From positions 2,852,001 through 2,916,000 of the forward strand of contig CM035362.1 in NCBI GenBank assembly GCA_020137815.1: DNA of 64,000 bases, read 5' to 3'. Both the position numbers and the translations under genes were made by a program. The DNA comes from Hormiphora californensis (Eukaryota; Animalia; Ctenophora). The notes below the pieces were generated by a model that worked only from the letters and a program-made list of their open reading frames with translations, searched no databases and had not been told where the DNA came from. This document shows, piece by piece, positions 50,421-64,000 of the stretch (its first letter is position 1; each line of letters opens with the position of its first letter).

Positions 50421-51825
50421 GTCCACCCTAAGGAGGCACTTTAAATTGGTAGAGCAGCAGTACTTAGCATGCAGTGCCTGTGAAAACAAAACGAGAACAC
50501 ATTCAATAAACAGTCGGACCCCAATTTACCGGGATGCTCGAGGGACGAAAGGGTCTTGCCCGGTAAATAGGGGGTCGGACTGTATCCTATGTCATTGCAC
50601 TCTGCAGTGGGTAAATTATGTTATGAATCAGGAACCAACCGAAACAAGTAAACAACCAATCAGACCTTGTTATTTAGGTCACGTGACTGGTTATCAGCCA
50701 ATCAGGGACCAGTATTATTTCCTGATTCGGTCGGTTCCTGTTATAAATCAAGAATCATATGACATTAAGGGAACACATATAAAACTCTGGGTGAGATAAT
50801 TATGGTGAGAAATTTATCTTTTTGCTTGAAATAATGTGATGATAATCAATTTGAACCAACTGATGATAATAATAATATGGAAATATAATCTTGTCATTGT
50901 TTTCGAACATACGAAAACTAAAGCTACTGTATGACAACGGACAGACATAATAAATTAATGGGATTAGAAAATATAAACTCCATAAACTATATAATTTCTT
51001 TTAAAACTTTCAGATAACATAATCTCACGCTCACTCTCCCCTTTTCTTACTAAACTCTGTACTGTACTAACTCAATCTTTCAATCTATGGCACAAGGCAC
51101 TCTTTCTCCCTCTATTTTCTCTCTCTCTCTCTCTCGCTCTTTCTCTCGTTCTAAACCACTCCCTTCTTCACACACCCACACTTATATCACACCTTCATCA
51201 CACCTTCACACATCACACATCACACACAAGTACACTATTAAATCATTATACAACTAATCATAGCGGAGACCAACTAATGTAGTCAATTCGGTCACACATT
51301 TAGTAGGCGACACTACCGTGAACTACACACTCAATCAAGTGAACTATGCACGCATCTGAAATAATTTCAGAACAAGATCGAATGTGTGCCATGCTAGTGT
51401 CTCCTACACATATAAAATTGATAACAATTCCAATTCTACCTCACAAACACATAAAACAATGTTACCCTAACCCTGTGTTAACAAAATATGTTAACACATG
51501 TCATGCTAACACATGTTAACACATCATGTTAACACATCATGTTAACACATGTTTAATGTTAGAAAACAACTTGACACATGTACGTGTTAGACATTTTGTG
51601 CTTTCTGGAGCAATCAACACAGTCTCTTCACAGATCTCTAATAGTTGAGCTGCCTACGTTAACTTGTCTTTAACCCCATCTACAAGATCCGTCCCTCAGT
51701 ATAAAACAACTTGTGTTAGTCTCTCTATGCTTTTTGTTTTTAACAAACATTACCATTCCTGCCCTGGGGAATGTATGATTCGAATGTCTTTCTCAGTGTG
51801 CCTGATACACACTTTTGATAGCCCG

Positions 51826-53996
51826 CTACATAACTTTGCAGCGTTGCTTCTTATGTTGTTTTGCAATCTTTGCCGCCAACTTTCTCTTGTCGATTATCTC
51901 TTTGACGAGCATCTGAAATGCAAATTGATAAGTTAAATAATTGATTTTCAAGACAAATCAAGTTAACCAACTAACAAATTATATATACTGAGATTAAAAT
52001 TAGTTTGGTAAAGTTACCCGAAAGATGGGCACAACATTATCATTGTACAGTGCACTGCACTCGTTCGTCTGGCAACCTCCCCACAACTGGGATTTATCAT
52101 CTGCATCTCTCTCAAACACTACCCTATCATCCAATAAATCTTTCTTGTTCCCTGCAAGGAGCGGATATATAATATCTGATTGAACTGTTTAGTGTGGTGA
52201 AACAAGTTAAGTTTAGTGTGGTGAAACAAGTTAAGTTTAGTGTGGTGAAACAAGTTAATCGTACATATTTGCTAACCAACCGCTACCACCTAATTGGACG
52301 AAGCATAAGAGCATTAGGATGGAATGTTAAACCTACCAACTAGAATGATATGATGGAATGTTAAACCTACCAACTAGAATGATATGATGGAATGTTAAAC
52401 CTACCAACTAGAATGATATGATGGAATGTTAAACCTACCAACTAGAATGATATGATGGAATGTTAAACCTACCAACTAGAATGATATGATGGAATGTTAA
52501 ACCTACCAACTAGAATGATATGATGGAATGTTAAACCTACCAACTAGAATGATATGATGGAATGTTAAACCTACCAACTAGAATGATATGATGGAATGTT
52601 AAACCTACCAACTAGAATGATATGATGGAATGTTAAACCTACCAACTAGAATGATATGATGGAATGTTAAACCTACCAACTAGAATGATATGATGGAATG
52701 TTAAACCTACCAACTAGAATGATAGGATGGAATGTTAAACCTACCAACTAGAATGATATAATGTAATGTTAAACCTACCAACTAGAATGATAGAATGTAA
52801 TGTTAAACCTACCAACTAGAATGATAGAATGTAATGTTAAACCTACCAACTAGAATGATATGATGTAATGTTAAACCTACCAACTAGAATGATAGAATGT
52901 AATGTTAAACCTACCAACTAGAATGATAGAATGTAATGTTAAACCTACCAACTAGAATGATAGAATCTAATGTTAAACCTACCAACTAGAATGATATGAT
53001 GTAATGTTAAACCTACCAACTAGAATGATAGAATGTAATGTTAAACCTACCAACTAGAATGATAGACCCATCGGGTCGGTTTAGCAAGATACGCTCCCGT
53101 AAAAAGTCTAGCTGATCGAATGATTGCTGGTCTGTCACGCTGTACACCAACAGAAACCCGTCTGCACTGCAAAGTTAAATTGGTGTAATTGAGAAACAAA
53201 CAACAATAAACAAACAAACCGACAGAAGAACAAACAAACAAACAAACATACCGACAGAAGAACAAACAGACATACCGATACACAAAGAGACAGACTGCAA
53301 AGGTAATGTACCTTCGATAGAAGGCGTCCTTATGCGCTGAAAACTCTTGAAAGGCTGCTGTGTCATAGATTTGCACATTGTAAATCTTCCCATCCAACTG
53401 AAAAATAAGTATATTTTTGAGGAAGCATTATAATATCATTTTTCGCTACTCAACCCAAGTTCTAACCATGATAATCACTGGCTAATTAACTAATTAATAA
53501 CCTAGCTAATTAACTAACTAGTAACTAATTAGTTAATTACCTGGCTAATTAAATTTAATTAGTTACCTCAACTGGTTTATAATCCATGTCAAAACTGGTA
53601 GGATGATATTCATCTGGGAGCCGCTTACTCATGAATTGTCTCACCATACATGTTTTACCTACACAAGCTAAACCTTAGGGAGAGGTTGTCGTATTAGTAA
53701 CGTATTAGTAACTCATTAGTAACTTGTTAGTAACTCATTAGTAACTTGTTAGTAACTTGTTAGTAACTCATTAGTAACTCATTAGTAACTAATTTTAGTG
53801 ACTATTTAGTAACTATTCAGTAACTCATTAGTAACTCGTTAGTAACTCATTAGTAACTCATTAGTAACTCATTGGTAACTCATTAGTAACTCATTGTAAC
53901 TAATTAGTAACTCATTAGTAACTCATTAGTAACTCGTTAGTAACTCATTAGTAACTCACCTACCACCATCACCGATACTGAGTTAGCGTCCGTCAT
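51826..53996 (-). CDS. Atypical Ras-family small GTPase with polybasic CAAX tail, 6 exons
   Basis: G1 VVGLACVGKT, G2 YHPTSFD, G3 DTAAFQEF, GFLLVYSVTDQQSF, G4 ILVGNKKDL, G5 ECSAL, C-terminus KQHKKQRCKVM*. Confidence 0.85.
52317..53065. repeat. 34-bp minisatellite, ~22 copies, built from the exon end and donor site of the Ras-like gene
   Basis: Unit atggaatgttaaacctaccaactagaatgatatg; on the minus strand it reads tatcattctagttg|GTAGGTttaacatt. Confidence 0.92.
53695..53959. repeat. 11-bp tandem repeat (ttagtaactca) filling intron 1 of the Ras-like gene
   Basis: Continuous with the donor gtgagttactaat on the minus strand. Confidence 0.85.
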
Positions 53997-54666
53997 CTTC
54001 TAAACTACCTCTGCTGAAATTCGGACCATACCAATAACATCCAGTTTTACAAAACACTAAATTCCATTCCTAGCTAAATGAACAAAGATGGTTATTGTAG
54101 GTAGAGCTACCCAGCTCTGGGTTTGTTATGTTCTAACCCTCCCTTTACATTTGTAAAGGGGCGCCCGAAACACAGTCTAGCCAGGCAACTCTGGGTGAGA
54201 GGAACGGGGGAGGTATGAAAATATTGGGATATTCGAAAATGATTATAATAAGTTAATTCACTCGATCAATAAATATAACAAAACCACCGAAAATGGTGGT
54301 GTAGAGTAGAGCTGTATAAAAGAAGGGAATGCAAAAAACCACACTATCTCTGTCTCGTGCGTACACCAATATTTTCTACTAGATTTGAAACCCTAGACCT
54401 GCAACTGTCGCCTTACCCGTATTCCCTTTTTAACTGTTATTTATATCTGCTCTTTCTTTCGTTTTTGGGGTCACGAAAATAATAATTTACCTAACTTGAG
54501 CCTACATATATTATAAAACCATCTCAGATTGATAAATTTAGGAAAACACTTGGTTACGAAGTTACCCCTTGCCAGCGCGCACGAAGGTCACCCGGCGACC
54601 TGAGGGGTTATTTCGTAACCAAGGAAAACACAGGGTACATAGAGCACACCCGGTACAACATATCAT

Positions 54667-56659
54667 TCATCCGTCAGGATTATAAAACTCGTTAAACTTG
54701 TCCGTTATCTTTGAGGCAGCTTCCTCAGGTGATGATCTCTGTCCAAAGTGCTGACAAAACTGTCCTTTTGGGTCAACCTAAACAAAATCAGGGGGTCTAA
54801 ACAATGGAAACAGTGATTTAAACGCATTGGGGTTTGCCAATCCATCGAATCTTGAAGTATATTAGTACCTTACACTTAATAATGAAGTATATTAGTAGCT
54901 TACACTTAATAATACAGTCTAGGGTACTTTGTAAGTTAAGGCCAGCTAGGGGCAGTTCTAAATGGGTTAACAACAACAAACTCTCTCACCAGAAATGTGA
55001 CGATCGAATGATCCACAATGTACTCATTGGTGCCAGCCACATCGGGTCCCTCACTGTAGTAGACCCTGTATGCCTTCGTAGCCCTCTTTATCTGATCAGA
55101 TGTACCTGAGATCAGGAGACAGAGTGTTGTTTGTTTGTTTGTTTGTTTGTTTGTTTGTTTGTTTGTTTGTGTGTTTGTTTGTTTGTTTGTTTGTTTGTTT
55201 GTTTGTTTGTTAATGTTTGTTTGTTAATGTTTGTTTGTTTGTTTGTTTGTTTGTTTGTTTGTTTGTTTGTTTGTTTGTTTGTTTGTTTGTTTGTGTGTTT
55301 GTTTGTTTGTTTGTTTGTTTGTTTGTTTGTTTGTTTGTTTGTTTGTTTGTTTGTTTGTTTGTTTGTTTGTTTGTTTGTTTTTTGTTTGTTTGTTTGTTTT
55401 TTGTTTGTTCCTTTCAGTTTACACTACCTGTGAGGCCGATAAATCTCGGGTGAAAGTCTTCCAGATAAGTTTTAATCAGCTCAGGGGTATCTCGTCTTGG
55501 ATCCACGGATATAAATATTGGCTGGATTTTGGGTGCGTTTGGTAGGTTGTCAACGATATTCACCTGGAAGTAATAATAATACAGTCGGACCCCGATTTAG
55601 TGGCCCCCGATTTAGTGACACCCCGACAGTTAGGGACAGTTAGGGACAGTTCTTCTTATTTTCTGTAGAGGTTGTCTAGTGTCTACGACCGGCACAAGTA
55701 AACGACCAATCAGAACTCGTTATTTAGGTCACGTGACTGGTTATCAGCCAATCAGGGACCAGTATCTCCTGATTCGGTCGGTTCCTAACTCACAGTTTCG
55801 GTAATTTTGTCCAGTTCTTCAGGGCATATATCGGGGCAGAATGTAAAGCCAAAGTATATCAGTAGCCATTTCCCAAGATAGTCCTTATCGGAGACCGTAT
55901 TTCCCTCCGTATCTACCTAGAGGAACATGTAACTCTTAATTAGGTAATTAATGGGTTAATGAGAGACCGTATTTCCCTCCGTGTCGACCTAGAGGAACAC
56001 AGAGCTGGTATGTAATACACTCAGAACACGATAAAAATGTAGCTCTTAATTGGTTAATTAAAGGGTTAGTTAGTTAATTAATGGGTTAATTAGTTAATAA
56101 ATTGGTTAATTAGTTAAATTATGGGCTAATTAGTAAATTAATGGGTTAATTAGGGCACCTACCAACACAAAGGGTCCTCCAAGAAGTGGTTTCCCTTTCG
56201 ACATAACATTGTTTGGTTTGTTTTTCTGTCGCTCTAATTCCTCCTTTTTCTGCTGCTCAATCCTCTGTTTCTGATAATCAGAAAACCAAAAACTAGCCCC
56301 TGAGAGTGGAGTTAGGTTAAAACTAGCCCCTGAAAGTGTCTGTAATAATGTCTACTGGACACATTTTAACATACAAACACGAGACATACGTCATGTAAGA
56401 CAATATAATGTAAGGTAAAACGATGTAGAACAATGGATTACTCAGACCTCATAGTACGAGTAGTTCAAGACGTAAAGAAATGGAAGATAGATAACGTACC
56501 TGCGGCAGCGGTACAAAATCCAAGTGAGGCTAGGAGGATGGGTAATCCACCGCTCTTTTGTTTTCGGAAGGGTGGCGGCTCAGAACTCAGGTACCTCTGC
56601 TTGGGTCTAATAGAGGACGTTAGGAGGTTGTACCTCCTGAGGCACAGTCTTAGAGCCAT
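54667..56659 (-). CDS. SCO1: Mitochondrial copper chaperone SCO1/SCO2, 6 exons
   Basis: Mitochondrial presequence and TM segment, [28 protein letters not shown] (CxxxC), [34 protein letters not shown] (Cu-ligand His). Confidence 0.93.
55127..55408. repeat. (GTTT)n microsatellite filling a SCO1 intron
   Basis: Directly visible. Confidence 0.95.
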
Positions 56660-56700
56660 TCTAAGAGGGAGGTATAATTATTACGGAATATAGTTAGGTA
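56660..56700 (-). promoter_or_regulatory. Putative trans-splice acceptor 1 nt before the SCO1 ATG, 229 bp downstream of the COA6 stop
   Basis: Minus strand cctaac...tatacctccctcttag|aATG. Confidence 0.55.
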
Positions 56701-56888
56701 ACTAAACAGGGAATATATAATACTGCGTATTTTTGTAGTACAAAAGCAATAAATTATGGTTCATAATTCGTTTAAATCCTTTGGTTTCATCTAAAGAGGG
56801 TCAGCTCAAAACTATACATAGTAACTACTCCCGGCCTCGATAGTTAGCTCCGTGACAGATCTCTGATCGTACCATAAGAAGATGCACT

Positions 56889-57537
56889 TCAAGCACCACG
56901 TTTCAATAACACTTCATCTTTTACAGCACTGTCTGGCACTTTGCCACCCGATTTCTAAAAGAGGGAGGGGCTAGAAGTTGACTAGAAATTATACACAACA
57001 AGGGACTAGAAGTTATCCACAATAGGGTGGTCAGATGAATACCGTTCTTAACATGTCCTCAGCCCTGAGTTGAACCCAAACAAATAAAAAATAAATACCC
57101 TAAGTTGGTCGATTCCTGAGCTATACTGTGCTTGTATTCGCAGCTTGTTAAAGTGTTTCACCCAGCTACCAGGACACGTTGTGTAGTAGCTTTCCTTCTC
57201 TGTTGCACACTCCGCCTGATTGTTGTCTGAAAAGAGAGAGGGATGAAACTAAGTTATTCATCGGGAGATAGAAAAATTTTAAAATGGGAGAGAGAGTTAT
57301 AGTGAGAGATGGAAATTGGACACATAATATTATTTAGATCAACCCGAATTATTCCAAATCTGTATTTTACGGAAAATCTTATAACTCACCATTTTTATCA
57401 AGGCATCCAAAGTATGTATCCCTCTTCTCCCAACATTGCTTCCGTTTTGAAGTTTTAGCCATATCAGCGTGTTTAGCTTGGGCTGGCTCTGTGACTGTTG
57501 GAGCTGGCTCTGTGACTGTGGCACCTTCGTCTGACAT
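56889..57537 (-). CDS. COA6: COA6 (cytochrome c oxidase assembly factor 6), canonical copy, 3 exons (57537-57390, 57227-57099, 56954-56889)
   Basis: Spliced translation ...KRKQCWEKRDTYFGCLDKN|DNNQAECATEKESYYTTCPGSWVKHFNKLR... gives CX9C-Xn-CX10C with R..CW..RD.Y..C and CP..W..F. Not shown in this frame in the ORF track. The last exon is tentative. Confidence 0.82.
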
Positions 57538-58045
57538 GTCCTAAAGAACGATCAGATCTGTAAGATTTGGAAAATGTAAGCAGCTAGGAAACAAAAAACA
57601 ATCAAATTTTATGTACATTAAATATCTGACAGTTTAACAGACACCACATTGCATCTAAGGAATATGACATTGTCATGTACTGCAGCTGTTCTTAGTTTTT
57701 CAAACAACACATCCGGGATGGTAACGAAATACCTCGCGAGCATGCTAAGACGTGCCCCTCACTACCGCAATGCCGCACGAGGGGTAATTTCGTTACAAAA
57801 CATCCGGGGTTTGATAAGAAAAAAGTACGAAGAAAATAAATCATTCCTTCGGCTATAGTGAACAATATCGACGGGACAGTTAGGGACAGTTAGGGACAGT
57901 TCTTCTTATTTTCTGTAGAGGTTGTCTATTGTCTACGACCGGCACAAGTAAACAACCAATCAGAACTCGTTATTTAGGTCACGTGACTGGTTATCAGCCA
58001 ATCAGGGACCAGTATTTCCTGATTCGGTCGGTTCCTGCCCCGTAA

Positions 58046-58523
58046 TCATCCCTTCTGCCCAGTTTCCATCCTCCTCCTCACGCTCTCAGTAGAAGGCATG
58101 TTAGAGCCCATCTTCTGATTGACTTCATCCACCGCCTCGCCCAACTCCGTCTCCATCTTTACACGGAGCGCTTTTCCCTTGAAAAACTTGGCCCACGATC
58201 TAGGACAACTGAAAAAAATGATAATAATAAGTATCATGGTCATGGTGTTATGGAAATTATTATTGCTACACACCAACAAAACGTCCGGGCTGCGTAATTT
58301 TATGAAATAAAACATAGTGTGAGCTACACTTGTGCTTTGATAAACAGATTTTAATTTTGATACCGCAACAGAAATAATCAGGTTTTTCGTACTTGGCAAA
58401 CATTTCCTCTAGTTCGGCATTACACATGGGTTCAGATCGGTGCTTCAAATAACAATTGGTGTAGATGTCTCTCTTCTCATAGCAAGTCGCTTTGTTCCAG
58501 GATGGCTTATTGTCTTCAGTCAT
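58046..58523 (-). CDS. Second, divergent COA6/COX6B-family twin-CX9C protein, 2 exons (58523-58393, 58208-58046)
   Basis: MTEDNKPSWNKATCYEKRDIYTNCYLKHRSEPMCNAELEEMFAN|CPRSWAKFFKGK...; the phase-2 GT-AG intron joins the two ORF-track fragments into CX9C-X9-CX10C-P-x-S-W. Confidence 0.72.
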
Positions 58524-59910
58524 GATATAGCTACAAGTTGGTTAGTTTTGGGTTAGTTTGGGTTAGTTTTGGGGTATAAGTTGTGGGTTCGAAAAAAGAT
58601 TTGTTTCGGGGTATTCGCAGATGAGAATGAGACCGAGAGAATCAAGAGAGAAAGAAAGAAGAAACCTGAAGGAAAAAAGGGGGTGTAGAGATAAAAACGC
58701 AACTAAATTACTGGATTAAAAAAGTTTGTAACAACAAAAAATAAATTAGAAAGAGCATATTATCACCACCTGCAGCAACAACTATAACTACCACATTACT
58801 CATACCTTACCCCACATCTGTTACAGTGTGTAGTATGGAACCCGATTTACCGGGATACTCGGGGAAAGGAGTTTTGCCCAGTAAATCGGAGTCCGACTGT
58901 ACAACATGGTACAACATGGTATAGCACGGTATAACATGGCTCTAACGTTAACAATAATACAACCCTTGGCGCTTCTTTAACACAAACAATGACAATTAAT
59001 ATTTTATGACAAGCTATCTCACATATTTTGGCCAAAATACTGTCCCGCACACCACTGCAACCCGTACCATTATATGTCAGTGCATATTTTAGCGGGGCTT
59101 GGATCTCATTTCAGCTCATTCCCTGAATTTTACACGATCGTATTGTATAGTGGCCGTATTGTATATGTTTTCCCCCTCAATAACACACACTACTCTCTTA
59201 CAATATAACATCAACTCAACACATACCTCACTCTGGTCCCTTCTTCTGTGTGCAACACAAATCGAAATCCTTGAATCTCTTTCGAACAGAAAATATGGTT
59301 AACCTCAACTCCAACAGATCTGGTTATTCCCAGCCCCAAACCAGTAACCACCGTCCACCCCAACCCCTCTATCGAACAGAACTGGTTAACTCGATCTCCA
59401 ATTCTCTGAACTCACCTCACATCATCTGAACACACACAACTCTCTCAGCCCCAGCTCTGTACTACTTTCTCAGCCGGCAGCCCCAGCTCTGTAGGTATAA
59501 TAACTCACACATACACCATGCTCTAACTGAACAAACATAACAGATCTTCACCCCTCTCTGTCAAATTAGTAGGTCTACCAATCTGACCACACTCCTGCTA
59601 ATCTCATCATGAACTCTTTCCTTCCCTCCCTACATGGACTCATCTCATCTGAACTCCGCTCATCTTATCATGAACTCTTTCCTAACTCCCTCTGGATTCA
59701 TCTGTACTCCTCTGTACTCTCTCAGTCCAACTCTCAGTCCTACTCGACTCTCAGTTCCTCTGAACTCATCTGAACTCCGCTCATCTCTCAGTCCAATTGT
59801 GGTTCAACTCCGCTCATCTCTCAGTCCAATTGTGGTTCAACTCCGCTCATCTCTCAGTCCAATTGTGGTTCAACTCCACTCTCTCTCTCAGCTTCCAATT
59901 GTGGTTCAAC

Positions 59911-63827
<3,917 letters not shown>

Positions 63828-63854
63828 CTGGAAGATGGAAGACAAGTTTAAAAA

Positions 63855-63968
63855 CAGGAACCGAGCGAAACAAGTAAACAACCAATAAGAACTCGTTATT
63901 TAGGTCACGTGACTGGTTATCAGCCAATCAGGGACCAGTGCAGTATTTCCTGGTTCGGTCGGTTCATG
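63855..63968. mobile_element. hAT MITE copy in a CUL4 intron
   Basis: TIRs and 8-bp TSD TTTAAAAA. Confidence 0.85.
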
Positions 63969-64000
63969 TTTAAAAACAACTGGGAGAGTAGTTGTTCTAC

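Noticed and set aside
49772-50799. Recurrent peptide QEPTETSKQPIR...[14 protein letters not shown] in several ORFs
   Set aside because: Translation of the 109-bp hAT MITE, not a protein domain.
51583-51655. Possible alternative 3' exon of the Ras-like gene (AAQLLEICEETV...)
   Set aside because: AG/GT-bounded and open, but there is no homology or CAAX outcome to support it without RNA data.
52317-53065. CRISPR-like appearance of ~34-bp repeats
   Set aside because: Units are head-to-tail with no unique spacers, there are no cas genes, and the array lies in a eukaryotic intron.
55131-55545. (FVCL)n ORFs, and (ER)n/(SL)n ORFs elsewhere
   Set aside because: Translations of microsatellites.

Overview
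Eukaryotic, gene-dense, small-intron animal DNA. It is most likely from a ctenophore (Pleurobrachia-like). That is an inference from my recollection of the repeat families and the ctenophore-type extracellular domains, not a database result. The backbone is a run of 11 co-directional minus-strand genes: CUL4 (5' part outside the window), two tandem COA6-family twin-CX9C genes that the ORF track shows only in part, SCO1, an atypical Ras-family GTPase, CWC15, PIGW, ZNF622/Rei1, DDX23/PRP28, MDP1 and a KIF27/KIF7-like kinesin. Every complete gene has a 3' splice acceptor just upstream of its ATG, and some intergenic gaps are only 172-476 bp. This suggests spliced-leader (SL) trans-spliced, operon-like transcription that includes a functionally coherent COA6-COA6-SCO1 copper-delivery module. 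Two secreted lectin-like genes are nested antisense in ZNF622 introns, and one of them is split by a TTAA-flanked Kolobok-type element. Region ~20.25-31 kb is an inverted second copy of ~33.2-39.35 kb, with an N-gap, low-quality stretches and different transposon content; it is probably an alternative haplotype that was mis-assembled. Introns carry many non-autonomous DNA transposons (hAT, Tc1/pogo-like, Kolobok-like, Mutator-like), microsatellites, and repeated duplications of exon-intron junctions. No transposase, rRNA, tRNA or CRISPR array was recognised. Exon boundaries were read by eye and may be off by a few bases.
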